Part shown: positions 32,187 through 42,187 of the stretch, piece by piece | How the letters are laid out: each line of letters begins with the position of its first letter | Numbering within the stretch: the stretch's first letter is position 1 | IMG/VR virus record: IMGVR_UViG_3300044845_000975 | Reading direction: 5' to 3' (one strand) | DNA length: 64,000 nt | From: an uncultured virus (IMG/VR IMGVR_UViG_3300044845_000975) | Taxonomy: Duplodnaviria > Heunggongvirae > Uroviricota > Caudoviricetes | Made by a program: the position numbers and the translations under genes | The notes under the pieces: generated by a model | Told to the model about the DNA's origin: nothing | What the model saw: only the letters and a program-made list of their open reading frames with translations | The model's database searches: none

Positions 32187-33008
32187 ATGGCAATTACTAA
32201 TTTTGATGATAGTTGGAAATTTTGGATTTGGGATAATGTTAAAAGAGGCTCGCCTAAAAAAGAAATCGCGGGAATCTTATTGGAGAAAGGCTTTGACAAA
32301 CAGTTGATTATCAACGAATTTGGAATGCCAAGCATCTTTGAAACTCAAAATAATGCTCCAGAATTAGATATAGATAAAATCCTTGCTAATTCTTCATTTC
32401 CAGCTAAAAGACTTTCAGATAAATTAAATATTTTTGAAATTAAAAATGTCTTTAATGAAGAAGAATGCGCCAAAATTATTGAAGTGATTCGCGCAAATTG
32501 CTCAAAGTCTTCTGTTATTGATTACCAAACAGGAGGAAATACTCTTTCTGATTTTCGCACAAGCTCAACCGCCAACTTGTATCGCGATAAATACAGTATT
32601 GTTAATCTCGTAGAGGATAGAATTTTTAGCTTGATTAATATCCCCGAAAAATTCACTGAACAAATCCAAGGCCAATACTACAAAGTGGGCGAACAGTTTA
32701 AGCCTCATTTTGACACTTTGTTTCCAAACTCCGAGTTTCAAAAGAAAGAAATCGACTCCAAAGGAAATCGAACTTGGACAGCAATGATTTACCTGAACAA
32801 TACTCCCAAAGGTGGACACACCAAGTTCACTAAAATAGATTACGAATCAAAACCCGAAATGGGTAAAATGATTTTGTGGCAAGATACAAAAGACGGCCAA
32901 AACATTCAGGAATCTATGCACTGGGGAATGCCAGTTGAAGAGGGAGAGAAATTTGTTTTGACTAAATGGTTTCGCGAAAAGATTTACCAACCAGCCCTTG
33001 ACAAATAA
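32187..33008 (+). CDS. prolyl 4-hydroxylase-type 2OG-Fe(II) oxygenase
   Basis: RTSS, Y..GEQFKPHFD (HxD), RTWTAMIYLN...GGHTKF, H.GMPV..GEK....KW.R. Confidence 0.9.
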   Translation: MAITNFDDSWKFWIWDNVKRGSPKKEIAGILLEKGFDKQLIINEFGMPSIFETQNNAPELDIDKILANSSFPAKRLSDKLNIFEIKNVFNEEECAKIIEVIRANCSKSSVIDYQTGGNTLSDFRTSSTANLYRDKYSIVNLVEDRIFSLINIPEKFTEQIQGQYYKVGEQFKPHFDTLFPNSEFQKKEIDSKGNRTWTAMIYLNNTPKGGHTKFTKIDYESKPEMGKMILWQDTKDGQNIQESMHWGMPVEEGEKFVLTKWFREKIYQPALDK

Positions 33009-33031
33009 AGAAACAAATATATATTGTTAAC

Positions 33032-33289
33032 ATGAAAAAAATAATTGAATACTCTACATGCATGGACGAGTCTTGGACAGTCGATGGAAAAGATTTGCGA
33101 GAAATGGATAAAACTGAAACAGATAATTTTCTTCAATACTTATTGATTAAAGTTCAAGACCGTATTAATGATGGAGGTTTATTTGTTACTGATTTAATCA
33201 AATTATTTCAGTATGACGAAATAGATTTTGACCGCGAAAGCTGCGAGCAGTGCGGTCACACAACTTCAACAACAACTTGGGAAATTTAA
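33032..33289 (+). CDS. hypothetical protein with CxxC
   Basis: Promoter TTGACA(32998)-N16-TATATT, ATG 6 nt downstream. Confidence 0.7.
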   Translation: MKKIIEYSTCMDESWTVDGKDLREMDKTETDNFLQYLLIKVQDRINDGGLFVTDLIKLFQYDEIDFDRESCEQCGHTTSTTTWEI

Positions 33290-33294
33290 ATAAA

Positions 33295-33858
33295 ATGGGA
33301 ATGTTTGATAGCATTGTTATTCCTAAATCTAGACTATTAGGAATCGACGAAAAAATAAATAAGTATCTAAGTCTCATTGAAGATGAGGAAATAACCTTTC
33401 AAACAAAAGACTTTGATCAAACCTTATCCACTTACTATATTAAGGGTGACTCTTTAATGTACAAAAAAGGAGTTTACGAATGGGTAGATGACGCAAATCA
33501 TTTCTTGCATGGTTACATGAAAACCGTTTCTGAAGAAATAGTTCCTGACGACATTACAACAACCATTATATGCTACGACTATTTCAACGCAGAACCTTTA
33601 GATATTGCTATTCATTTAAAAATTGTTTTTATTAAGGGCAAAGTAGATGAAATATCCTTGCACACATACGAAGAAGAGGACTCTAAAGCTAGAATCGAGA
33701 GAAACAAAAAATGGGCTGAAGAAAGTCGAAAAGAATTAGCTTTTAGAAAAACATTTTTAGGCAAATGCCAGAGAGTATTGAGAAAATTTTTGTTTAAAAT
33801 TAGCAGAGTTTTCCTGCGAATAGGAGATAAGATTCAGAAGCTATCATTCAAAATTTAG
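33295..33858 (+). CDS. hypothetical phage protein (MGMFD...FQTKD type)
   Basis: MGMFD start and FQTKD motif. Confidence 0.7.
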   Translation: MGMFDSIVIPKSRLLGIDEKINKYLSLIEDEEITFQTKDFDQTLSTYYIKGDSLMYKKGVYEWVDDANHFLHGYMKTVSEEIVPDDITTTIICYDYFNAEPLDIAIHLKIVFIKGKVDEISLHTYEEEDSKARIERNKKWAEESRKELAFRKTFLGKCQRVLRKFLFKISRVFLRIGDKIQKLSFKI

Positions 33859-33905
33859 CTGCAAAAAAACATTGACACCCTAAAATACTAGAGTATATTT
33901 TTACC

Positions 33906-34304
33906 ATGAATGCAATGAACCGTATTTACGCAAAACAAGATCAAATCCTATACAAGAAAAAAGGCAATAAATATGTCCAAGCTAACGATGTATCCGTGTT
34001 AGATGGATTGCGCGAAGGCTGGTATTTGGTTAGGGTAGAGGATGGATGTAAGTCAATCTACCACTCTGTTTATCCTGCCAAAGCAGAGATTCTCGCAGCA
34101 GCAAAAAGCAAAAGAGATGAATTGGTAAAAATCATTCGTGAAGCTAGTGAAGCAAAGCCCAAAGAAGGTGTTCCTCTTAGCGAACAAGCTCTTAAAGATT
34201 GGAAGCATTTCGTCTCCAAACATGGTGAAGAGTTTAATACTCTTTATTATCCATCTTTCCACGAAAACGCCGATAAAATTGTAGAAGCTCTTTTAACTAA
34301 ATAA
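33906..34304 (+). CDS. hypothetical protein
   Basis: Promoter TTGACA(33872)-N16-TATATT, ATG 6 nt downstream. Confidence 0.7.
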   Translation: MNAMNRIYAKQDQILYKKKGNKYVQANDVSVLDGLREGWYLVRVEDGCKSIYHSVYPAKAEILAAAKSKRDELVKIIREASEAKPKEGVPLSEQALKDWKHFVSKHGEEFNTLYYPSFHENADKIVEALLTK

Positions 34305-34308
34305 AAAT

Positions 34309-34611
34309 ATGACAGAAAAAGAATTCGTAATATGGCTTCATGGTTTCCTAGAAATTAGCGAATCCAAAACTCTTGCTGAGAGGCAGGTGCAAATCATCAA
34401 AGATCATTTAAATGAATTCTTTGTGAAAGTTACGCCAGAGCGAGAAGAGAAAAATAATGATTGGTCTAAACTGATAGAAAAATATAAACTACGTCCACAA
34501 GTTCCAATGCAACCGATGCAACCGATGCATCCAGATGCATTCAAGATAACCTGCTCTAATGACTCTACAGGTAAATTTCAGCCACTAGACCTGACTAAAA
34601 CATATTGCTAA
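34309..34611 (+). CDS. hypothetical protein
   Basis: F..WL.GF.E...QIIKDHL pattern. Confidence 0.7.
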   Translation: MTEKEFVIWLHGFLEISESKTLAERQVQIIKDHLNEFFVKVTPEREEKNNDWSKLIEKYKLRPQVPMQPMQPMHPDAFKITCSNDSTGKFQPLDLTKTYC

Positions 34612-34612
34612 T

Positions 34613-35065
34613 ATGAAATCAATTAAATTCAAATCCACAAAAGGCGACGATTTTTTTGTCAATCTGCCAAAAAACTTTAAAAAAGTTAAATTGCCATTTT
34701 TTCAAAAATGGGTGAATGCATTAGAGAGCGGTAAATATCGTCAATGCACACATCAACTATGCGCTCCAGATAATAAAAAATTAAGTTACTGCTGTCTTGG
34801 AGTTTTGAGTAAAATTCAAAACAGGCTAGAGAAAGATGAAGACGGATTCATGCGAGACACTTTACATAAAGGCATGTCACAAGAAATACTGCACAAATCT
34901 AATCCTTGCTATAGCGTAATTCGTAATAATGGCAAGCTTCCAAAAAAAGTGAGCGTAGAAATAAATAGTAGTGAGCATCGCAATACTCTAATGGATTGCA
35001 ATGATGATCTGGGATTATCTTTTAAAGATATTGCTAAAATTATTAAAACAGTATTTAAAAAGTAG
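34613..35065 (+). CDS. hypothetical phage protein
   Basis: W..ALESGKY.Q...YCCLGV...ND...SF..IA pattern. Confidence 0.7.
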   Translation: MKSIKFKSTKGDDFFVNLPKNFKKVKLPFFQKWVNALESGKYRQCTHQLCAPDNKKLSYCCLGVLSKIQNRLEKDEDGFMRDTLHKGMSQEILHKSNPCYSVIRNNGKLPKKVSVEINSSEHRNTLMDCNDDLGLSFKDIAKIIKTVFKK

Positions 35066-35072
35066 AAACAAA

Positions 35073-35515
35073 ATGGATTTCGAACAAAAATTAATGAATA
35101 AATATCCAGAACTCTTCCATAAGAAAGAGGATGGAAGTTTGGAGTGCCTTTGTGGCGTATGGGTTCCAGAAGGCTGGGAGACTATTGTAGATGAGTTGTG
35201 TGGTTGTATTCACGATTACACTACAAAAACATATAGATTGAAAAATGGAGAAAAGGTTTATCCACCAGCAGTTAAAATAGATCAAATCAAAGAGAAATTT
35301 GGTGGTCTGAGATTTTATTACTTTGGTGGTGATGATAAGGTTGATGGCATGGTTACTTTTGCAAGTTATCTTACTAGTAAGACTTATGAAGTAAGGCTTG
35401 TGAAGTGAGTGGTGAAAAGGGTGAGCTTTGCTCAAATCGTGGTTGGTATAAAACTTTATCACCAAAGATTCGTGAGGAAAGTCCATATAATAATTACAAG
35501 TCAACTAAACAATAA
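35073..35515 (+). pseudogene. QIKEKFGGLRFY-type protein frameshifted by a 14-bp tandem duplication
   Basis: agtaagacttatga/agtaaggcttgtga at 35376-35403; removing one copy restores the C-terminus CEVSGEKG...GWYKTL, ending just before the next ATG (35517). Confidence 0.75.
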
Positions 35516-35516
35516 T

Positions 35517-36002
35517 ATGATTCCAATCAAAGGTAAAAACTACATGATCAACTTCAAAGGCTATTGGGGTTCTTATTCGGGTGAAGGTCTATGTACAGGA
35601 GAAAAAGAAGATTTTTGTGGTAAAGATGGTAACACTTTTACCTATGGATTTAAAATCCCCATTGATGAAGAGACTTGTTTCTTTCTTGAAACTGACATTG
35701 TTGCAATGATTGATGCAGAACAAATTCAAAACCAAATTGATTCAGAAAGCGACTACTGCGCAAAATGCGATAGCTGCGGAGAGACGGGTTGCTGTCCTCC
35801 CGTCAAATGTGAGGCTGTAATTTGCAAGTATGGTGATATTAATCTAAAGGAATATAATTGCTTCCAAGATCAGTGGGAAGTCATGTATAATGCTTTAAAA
35901 ATCATTGTTGAAGAATGTGGTGGCGGTAAAATTGGCGACTACGCCAAAGAAACTCTAAATGAAGTTGACAAATTGTGGGATAAACTCTATAGTAAAGAAT
36001 AA
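35517..36002 (+). CDS. hypothetical Cys-rich protein
   Basis: C..C.SCGE.GCC motif. Confidence 0.65.
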   Translation: MIPIKGKNYMINFKGYWGSYSGEGLCTGEKEDFCGKDGNTFTYGFKIPIDEETCFFLETDIVAMIDAEQIQNQIDSESDYCAKCDSCGETGCCPPVKCEAVICKYGDINLKEYNCFQDQWEVMYNALKIIVEECGGGKIGDYAKETLNEVDKLWDKLYSKE

Positions 36003-36158
36003 AATTATGTTTGAAGGATTTGATACAGGTTCACCTTGGGGTGATGAAGACAATCAGCCAGAACCACCGCCGCCTCCTTGGTATATACAGGTTTTGATTT
36101 TAGCTACATTAGCGGCGATTATTTGGGCAATTTACGAAGGAATTAAAAGTGCATAATT

Positions 36159-36482
36159 ATGTTAAACTATTCTGAAACAATTACAATCGAGCGCAATTAC
36201 TACTTTGAAATTGCTGGTGAAAAAGTACCAAATGAGGAAGATATGTTGGCATTTCTCTTGGATGAAGGCATCTTGTTTTCTGGCAATGATTATGGAGATG
36301 GCACTATAAATCTTTACATCAACGTCAACGATTATTTTGCCCCTGCTTCTGATGCAGAAAGCTTACCCCATAAAGACATTCCGAAGCTATTTGAAATGTA
36401 TAAGGAAAACGGTTACGATGGTGTCGCTCAATATGTAGCAGACAAAAGAGAAGTTCCTAACAAAAAATGGAGAGACAAATAA
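36159..36482 (+). CDS. hypothetical protein
   Basis: NVNDYF.PASDAE pattern; tight packing. Confidence 0.65.
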   Translation: MLNYSETITIERNYYFEIAGEKVPNEEDMLAFLLDEGILFSGNDYGDGTINLYINVNDYFAPASDAESLPHKDIPKLFEMYKENGYDGVAQYVADKREVPNKKWRDK

Positions 36483-36483
36483 T

Positions 36484-36789
36484 ATGAAACAAGAACAAAT
36501 CAGAAACGCCGAATCAGTTGTTGTGCAAGCTCTTGAAATGTATTCAACTAAGCAACATAAGTGGGATACCAATATTGAAACAATCACCAAAGAAGCTTTC
36601 ACAGAGTTGAGGCTAAAAGTCATACATGAAATGGCGGCTAAAAGAATTGATAATGAAATAGATCGTCTCAATAAAGACCTCTGGGAACATCAGAAAGCTA
36701 TTGACAATCTGAGAGGATACATTACATTCTTGGAGAGTAAAATCTCTAAACTAGAGAATAGACTTGATGAACATGAAGACAGTTATTAA
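36484..36789 (+). CDS. hypothetical coiled-coil protein
   Basis: Tight packing. Confidence 0.6.
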   Translation: MKQEQIRNAESVVVQALEMYSTKQHKWDTNIETITKEAFTELRLKVIHEMAAKRIDNEIDRLNKDLWEHQKAIDNLRGYITFLESKISKLENRLDEHEDSY

Positions 36790-36944
36790 TTTATGAACAC
36801 ACTACTAGCACTAACCATTAATATTCCTGATTGGCTCTTGTCATTCTGGGGAGGATACTTCACGGCAACTGGAATTGGAGTAGCATTACTACTCATAGCA
36901 AACTTTAAATCTTTTGGACGATGAGTGAAATTTTGAAAAAATAA

Positions 36945-37367
36945 ATGAATAGAGAACTAAAATTCCGAGTCTGGCTTCACGATACGAAAGAATGGGGTAA
37001 TGTTTCGTGCTTAGAAGTTTTCAATACAACAGGAAAACTTGAATATTTGTATCAAGATCAGCCATACACTATTCAGCAACACACTGGACTTAAAGATAAA
37101 AATGGAAACGAAATTTATGAAGGCGATATTGTAAAATATGCTCGTACCAAAGTCGAAAGCACTGAATTTGCAAAAGGTTGTTTCAAAAATCACTTAATTG
37201 AACTTGGTGAAGAAATTGGTGAAATTCTTTTTATCAAACCATCTTTTTGTTTATCCTTTGATCATATTCGCTACGATGATATTATGCCAATGTGCCTTGC
37301 TGAACACCGATATGAGGTTATTGGCAACGTCTTCGAAAATAAAGAACTATCAAAAACAAATGAATAG
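36945..37367 (+). CDS. YopX family protein (copy 1)
   Basis: RELKFRVW, QQHTGLKDKNGNEIYEGDIV, EVIGNVFEN. Confidence 0.9.
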   Translation: MNRELKFRVWLHDTKEWGNVSCLEVFNTTGKLEYLYQDQPYTIQQHTGLKDKNGNEIYEGDIVKYARTKVESTEFAKGCFKNHLIELGEEIGEILFIKPSFCLSFDHIRYDDIMPMCLAEHRYEVIGNVFENKELSKTNE

Positions 37368-37767
37368 ATTAAAATACAGAGTGTGGATTACACCATGGGG
37401 CAGTGATACTACGCCTTACATGCACTACATTGAAGACTTGCATTTAGGTGTTGTAATTGGTAATTGGGAAAGAGGTGGATACAAAGATGCTGTTTTTCAG
37501 CAATACACAGGCTTGAAAGATAAAAACGGAAAAGAAATTTATGAAGGCGACATTGTAAAATATAATCCAGATGATCGAACTGTAGATAGAGAAGGAATTA
37601 TCGAATGGTCTAACTATTATCATGGATGGACCATCAGAGATAAACAGTGTTATCCAGAATCAAAATATGGTGTGTTTTCACTAGCTTGTCCATTCATGTC
37701 ATTTAATGATGTGGAAATTATTTGCCATATTTTCGAGAACCCTGAATTAATTAAAACAAATGAATAG
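37360..37767 (+). CDS. YopX family protein (copy 2)
   Basis: LKYRVW, QQYTGLKDKNGKEIYEGDIV, IFENPEL. Confidence 0.9.
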   Translation: MNRLKYRVWITPWGSDTTPYMHYIEDLHLGVVIGNWERGGYKDAVFQQYTGLKDKNGKEIYEGDIVKYNPDDRTVDREGIIEWSNYYHGWTIRDKQCYPESKYGVFSLACPFMSFNDVEIICHIFENPELIKTNE

Positions 37768-38266
37768 ATTTAAATTCCGCATCTGGGATAAACAATATAA
37801 AAAGTGGCTAGAAAACAGCAGCAGTCTTCATTGCAACAGCAATTGGACAATTTGCCCATTCACAGGTAATGTTGTTGATTATGTTGAAACTTGCGACGAA
37901 AATGGTGAGAATTTTTCTGCTTCCCCTGCTAATGATTATTATTGGGAAGATGGAAAACTAATTAAAGAACCGCGATACATCACTCAGCAATACACTGGAT
38001 TGAAAGACAAAAATGGAAAAGAGATTTATGAAGGTGACTTGATTCGTTATGAGAAAGAATACACACCTCTAGATAAATACTCAATCATTGCTCCTGTTGT
38101 CTTTTCTCCTTTTGGATATGGGTTTGTGATTGATTCTTCTGGCAGACATTCTATTGGTGACTTCAAGTATGGTGACTATACCCTTCTTCTTTCTCCAATT
38201 GTGATGGAAAAAAAGGTCACATACGAAGTTGTTGGTAATATTTTTGAAAATAAAAATGATGAATAG
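37760..38266 (+). CDS. YopX family protein (copy 3)
   Basis: FKFRIWD, QQYTGLKDKNGKEIYEGD, EVVGNIFEN. Confidence 0.9.
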   Translation: MNRFKFRIWDKQYKKWLENSSSLHCNSNWTICPFTGNVVDYVETCDENGENFSASPANDYYWEDGKLIKEPRYITQQYTGLKDKNGKEIYEGDLIRYEKEYTPLDKYSIIAPVVFSPFGYGFVIDSSGRHSIGDFKYGDYTLLLSPIVMEKKVTYEVVGNIFENKNDE

Positions 38267-38687
38267 AGAAATTAAATTCCGAGCAAGGGATACAAAAAAT
38301 AATAAGTGGTTAGATTCAGTTCCATCTATGGAATACCTGCTTGACGGTGGGGATCATTCAATAAGTCATCACGATATAGATGATGAATCTTCTATTTACA
38401 CTTACCCTAAAAACTTATTAGGTGATACGTTTAATAGCAGAATTGTTTGGCAGCAATACACTGGATTGAAAGACTCTAAAGGAGTCGAAATTTACGAAGG
38501 TGACATTGTTAAATACTATTTTAACAATCCTGACATTAATTGGGTTGACTTAGTTGCATGGGAGAGTTATGGTTGGAGGCTTCTTCATTTTGATGGGACT
38601 GAGAGTGGATCAACCCCATTAGTTTCTATCCCATCTATGGAAATTATTGGCAACTTCTTTGAAAATAAAGAACTTTTAAATCTATGA
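38259..38687 (+). CDS. YopX family protein (copy 4)
   Basis: REIKFRA, QQYTGLKDSKGVEIYEGDIV, EIIGNFFEN. Confidence 0.9.
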   Translation: MNREIKFRARDTKNNKWLDSVPSMEYLLDGGDHSISHHDIDDESSIYTYPKNLLGDTFNSRIVWQQYTGLKDSKGVEIYEGDIVKYYFNNPDINWVDLVAWESYGWRLLHFDGTESGSTPLVSIPSMEIIGNFFENKELLNL

Positions 38688-38834
38688 CAGGCGACGAAAT
38701 CATCACAATCTCAATTGAGAGCAAAGACAAAAAACTCTCTACAAGCTACAGCGTTTTGCAAGCTGATATATTTAAAATTACCAAAGGAGAATTTCATTTG
38801 ATGGAACTTGATAGATTAGTAGAAAGATTCAACA

Positions 38835-39098
38835 ATGAAAACAACAATCAAACAAATTCTTGAACCTCATAAAGAGGCAATTAAAAATTGTGAAGGCATT
38901 TATTCTTTTAATGAATTAGACTTGGACGTATCAATTCCAGATTTTAACAGCTTTTCTTTATGGTTAGATGGAGATACGAAAGTAAAGATTGATGTTCCAG
39001 TTAACATCGAAAATGCTTCTATGATTCAATCCATCATTAGAGATTTAGGCCGCGAATTAATGCACAGTTGGAGCCAACAATATTCAATCAAACCATGA
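38835..39098 (+). CDS. hypothetical protein
   Basis: ATGA overlap with the macrodomain gene. Confidence 0.6.
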   Translation: MKTTIKQILEPHKEAIKNCEGIYSFNELDLDVSIPDFNSFSLWLDGDTKVKIDVPVNIENASMIQSIIRDLGRELMHSWSQQYSIKP

Positions 39099-39610
39099 TA
39101 ACAACAATTAATAAAGATATTCTAACAGTAGATAAAGGCGTCATCGTTCATTCTGTTAACTGCATTGGTGCAGTAGGCGGTCTTGCTGGTGCAATTGCAC
39201 GCAAATGGCCCAAAAATGCTGATGAATATCGCGCTCACGTCAAACGTCAAGAGCTTCCAATTGTGTTGCTAGGCAGCGTTTTTGAAGTGAATGTAGCTCA
39301 TAATGTTATTGTTGCTAATCTCTTTGGTCAAAACAGCGTCTCAACCAGTGAGAGGCAGACAGAATATGCTGCATTGATTAGTGGCTTCAAAAGTATTGCA
39401 CAAACATTCTTTCAAGGCAATGATAGAGAAGAAAGAGATTATGGAAATCCTTTTGGATTAATTGAATTTCCAATTAATCTCACAGACATTTATATTCCAT
39501 ATAAAATTGGCTGCGGATTGGGTGGTGCTAGTTGGAATATAGTGGAAGAAATTCTTCACAAAATCTTTGACAATAGCCACAAAAACGTATATATTTGCCG
39601 CCATGAATGA
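39095..39610 (+). CDS. macrodomain (ADP-ribose binding/hydrolase) protein
   Basis: DIL, IVHSVNC.G..GG.A..I, ANLFGQ, PYKIGCGLGGASW. Confidence 0.88.
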   Translation: MITTINKDILTVDKGVIVHSVNCIGAVGGLAGAIARKWPKNADEYRAHVKRQELPIVLLGSVFEVNVAHNVIVANLFGQNSVSTSERQTEYAALISGFKSIAQTFFQGNDREERDYGNPFGLIEFPINLTDIYIPYKIGCGLGGASWNIVEEILHKIFDNSHKNVYICRHE

Positions 39611-39815
39611 AGAAACCGTAACAATCAGTAAAAAAGAATACGAAAGCCTCAAAAAAAACGCTCGCTGGCTTCAATGCCTTAAGAGGGCTGGCGTTGATAA
39701 CTGGCAAGGCATTGACTATGCATACGATCTTAAACGAGAAATGGAACAAGAAGATAACAATTGAATAAGAATTTTGCAGTAGAAATGATCAACAATGCAT
39801 TGGAGAAATTAAATT

Positions 39816-40187
39816 ATGAGTGATTCATTAAATCCAAAAGATTATAATTTTATTTGCGTCATTCTTGGCGACAATGATTTTATTTCAGACATGCATTATG
39901 CAATGAACGATCTACAAAGTAGAGTAGATTTAAAGAGTTTGTGCCCATTTTCTGTAAAGCAATTCTTCATCGAGTCTATGCTTTATCATTACAAGACAAA
40001 ACATATTCTTAGAGGTGACGCAATTGATGCAGCAGAAGAAAAATCTATACGAGATTACTTCTCAGGAATCAGAGTTCTATTCAATGAGAAATTTCCAACA
40101 TATGATATCGAGGGAAATCATCCATGTGAACATGATGGTGGAGCCATTTATGTGGATGTAAATACGGGATTCATTTCAAGCTTCTAA
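39816..40187 (+). CDS. hypothetical protein
   Basis: Within the dense plus-strand ORF run. Confidence 0.6.
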   Translation: MSDSLNPKDYNFICVILGDNDFISDMHYAMNDLQSRVDLKSLCPFSVKQFFIESMLYHYKTKHILRGDAIDAAEEKSIRDYFSGIRVLFNEKFPTYDIEGNHPCEHDGGAIYVDVNTGFISSF

Positions 40188-40190
40188 AAC

Positions 40191-40472
40191 ATGATTCACA
40201 CTGAAACAAAATTCGCTTATCGCCACAAGCCAACAGGCAAGTGGGTGCATATTAATTGCTCCTATGACCCTGACTTGTGGGAAGATGATAAACATCCATA
40301 CGTTTATGAAATGGAGCTTTATGATGATTTTTTGGATGCAACAAAGAGCGACTTAAACCATTTACAATTTGATTTGCGTTGCAGCACCATGAATGGTGAA
40401 AGATATGCTGCTCAAAACTTTCTTGAATTTGAGCTTGTGGAAATTGAAGTAGAGTATAGAATAAAACAATGA
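40191..40472 (+). CDS. hypothetical protein
   Basis: Tight packing. Confidence 0.6.
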   Translation: MIHTETKFAYRHKPTGKWVHINCSYDPDLWEDDKHPYVYEMELYDDFLDATKSDLNHLQFDLRCSTMNGERYAAQNFLEFELVEIEVEYRIKQ

Positions 40473-40732
40473 CATCAACTATTAAATCTATTGTTGAATC
40501 AGCAGGATTTTTATTTTGCCCATCTTGTAAAGGGAGTGGTGAAGTTACCTATTTTTGCGGCCATGATGTTGACATAGACTGTATCTGGTGTGCTGGTCAC
40601 GGTATTATTAAATCTTTAAATAAACAAAAAAATAGAAAAACATGTTCTATTTGCAGTGGTCGTGGTGGTCTAGGCTGCTGCGATAAAAAAGGATTTCATG
40701 AATGGGAGAGCTATATATTAGCAGAATTATGA
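40469..40732 (+). CDS. DnaJ-type zinc-finger protein
   Basis: Three CxxCxGxG motifs. Confidence 0.65.
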   Translation: MTSTIKSIVESAGFLFCPSCKGSGEVTYFCGHDVDIDCIWCAGHGIIKSLNKQKNRKTCSICSGRGGLGCCDKKGFHEWESYILAEL

Positions 40733-41506
40733 AATCTAAAAAAATCTATCTACCCGAAGACGCCACGCGCTCAGGCGTTGACATCACTTACATTAAAGGT
40801 TCTCAAGAACTTCGCATTGGCGGCTGGTATGATGGCATGGTTGGAATCTCTGGCGGCGAGATTTCCTTGAAAGATTTCTTTCATAAGCTTGGTATTACTG
40901 AACAATGCTGCCAAAAAGCTTTTAAATAAATATGAATGGACAAGCTGGAAAGGGCGACTCTCCCCGCCCCGTAGATCGGGAGAAGTATGAGCAAAATTGG
41001 GAAAACATTTTTCGAAAGCAAAAGCGCGAAATATGTGATGGCTTTGGAAGCTGTTGGAACTTGTGCCAACGAAGTGATTGCGGTCTTCATATAGTTCGTC
41101 CAGGAAAAGTCCAATGCTGGTGCGACGACGAAGATGGGCCACTTTATTCTTAATCATGAACGAGACTTTTAATCCAGAAAAAATTAAAAAACAATTTGCC
41201 AAAGCCTTAGCAGAAGAGCATCTTGAAACAGCCTTTGACAAGTTTATAATTATTGGTTATAATCAAGACGAACGATCAGAGTGCATTACTAACTGCACAG
41301 AAGAGCAGATTATTTTATTATTAGAAATTTTTAAAAACCAATATGGAATTGGAGAGCCTAGCAGTGAGTTATAAATTTATTTTATTATTCTTATCTTTTG
41401 TTGGAATAATTTTTGGAACTTATTTAATTTTCTCAAAAAGAAGTTGACACAATAATCTTTTACGCTACCTTTCACACGCAAACAAAACTCGTAACAAACT
41501 AATCAA

Positions 41507-41740
41507 ATGAATAAATCTCAGAAAGAAGCTTTGAAAAACACAATGGAATACATGAATTCTGTAGTTAATGCTGGAACTGGTAATTGGGGAGAATTCGGAG
41601 AGCCGAATCTAGGAGAGATTGCTGTGCTAGGAATGGTGAATCTTGATATTCTCACAAGTGCTTTTCCAGACATTGCTAAAGAAATTTTCCCCCAAAGCGA
41701 AGTTGAAAATAAAAATCAAATGCTATTCAATTTTGTTTAA
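41507..41740 (+). CDS. hypothetical protein
   Basis: Promoter TTGACA(41444)-N16-TACCTT upstream. Confidence 0.65.
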   Translation: MNKSQKEALKNTMEYMNSVVNAGTGNWGEFGEPNLGEIAVLGMVNLDILTSAFPDIAKEIFPQSEVENKNQMLFNFV

Positions 41741-41782
41741 GATTCTCATTGACAAACCTTCAATCTAGTATATAATTTTACC

Positions 41783-42130
41783 ATGAACAAACATACCATC
41801 ACAATCGGAGACAGCAGTTACATTATTGACCTTGATCGAGCACAGGAACTTGGCATCTGCACTAAGAAGCAGTCCATCACCAGCTTCGAGGTTGGCGATG
41901 TTTTTGAAACGCGAAGCGGTCTTGTTCGCATTCTTATTATCGAATGCAACTGCGGTACCCCTAGCAATGAAACGCTCTACCAATTTGCTGGTCGCGACGG
42001 CCTGAGCACTTACAGCGATCATGATAATCCTATTTCTTACGACAAGATGCTTGAGTATCTAAACAGCAGGGGTTATACTTTTGTTTGCAACATCAATGAT
42101 AGTATTGCAGAGCTTCTTAACAGCATTTAA
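41783..42130 (+). CDS. hypothetical protein
   Basis: Promoter TTGACA(41749)-N16-TATAAT, ATG 6 nt downstream. Confidence 0.7.
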   Translation: MNKHTITIGDSSYIIDLDRAQELGICTKKQSITSFEVGDVFETRSGLVRILIIECNCGTPSNETLYQFAGRDGLSTYSDHDNPISYDKMLEYLNSRGYTFVCNINDSIAELLNSI

Positions 42131-42187
42131 GTTTTAAATAGAATAAAAATTTTGGATGCATGATGAAATCGGTAAACATAGCGGACT

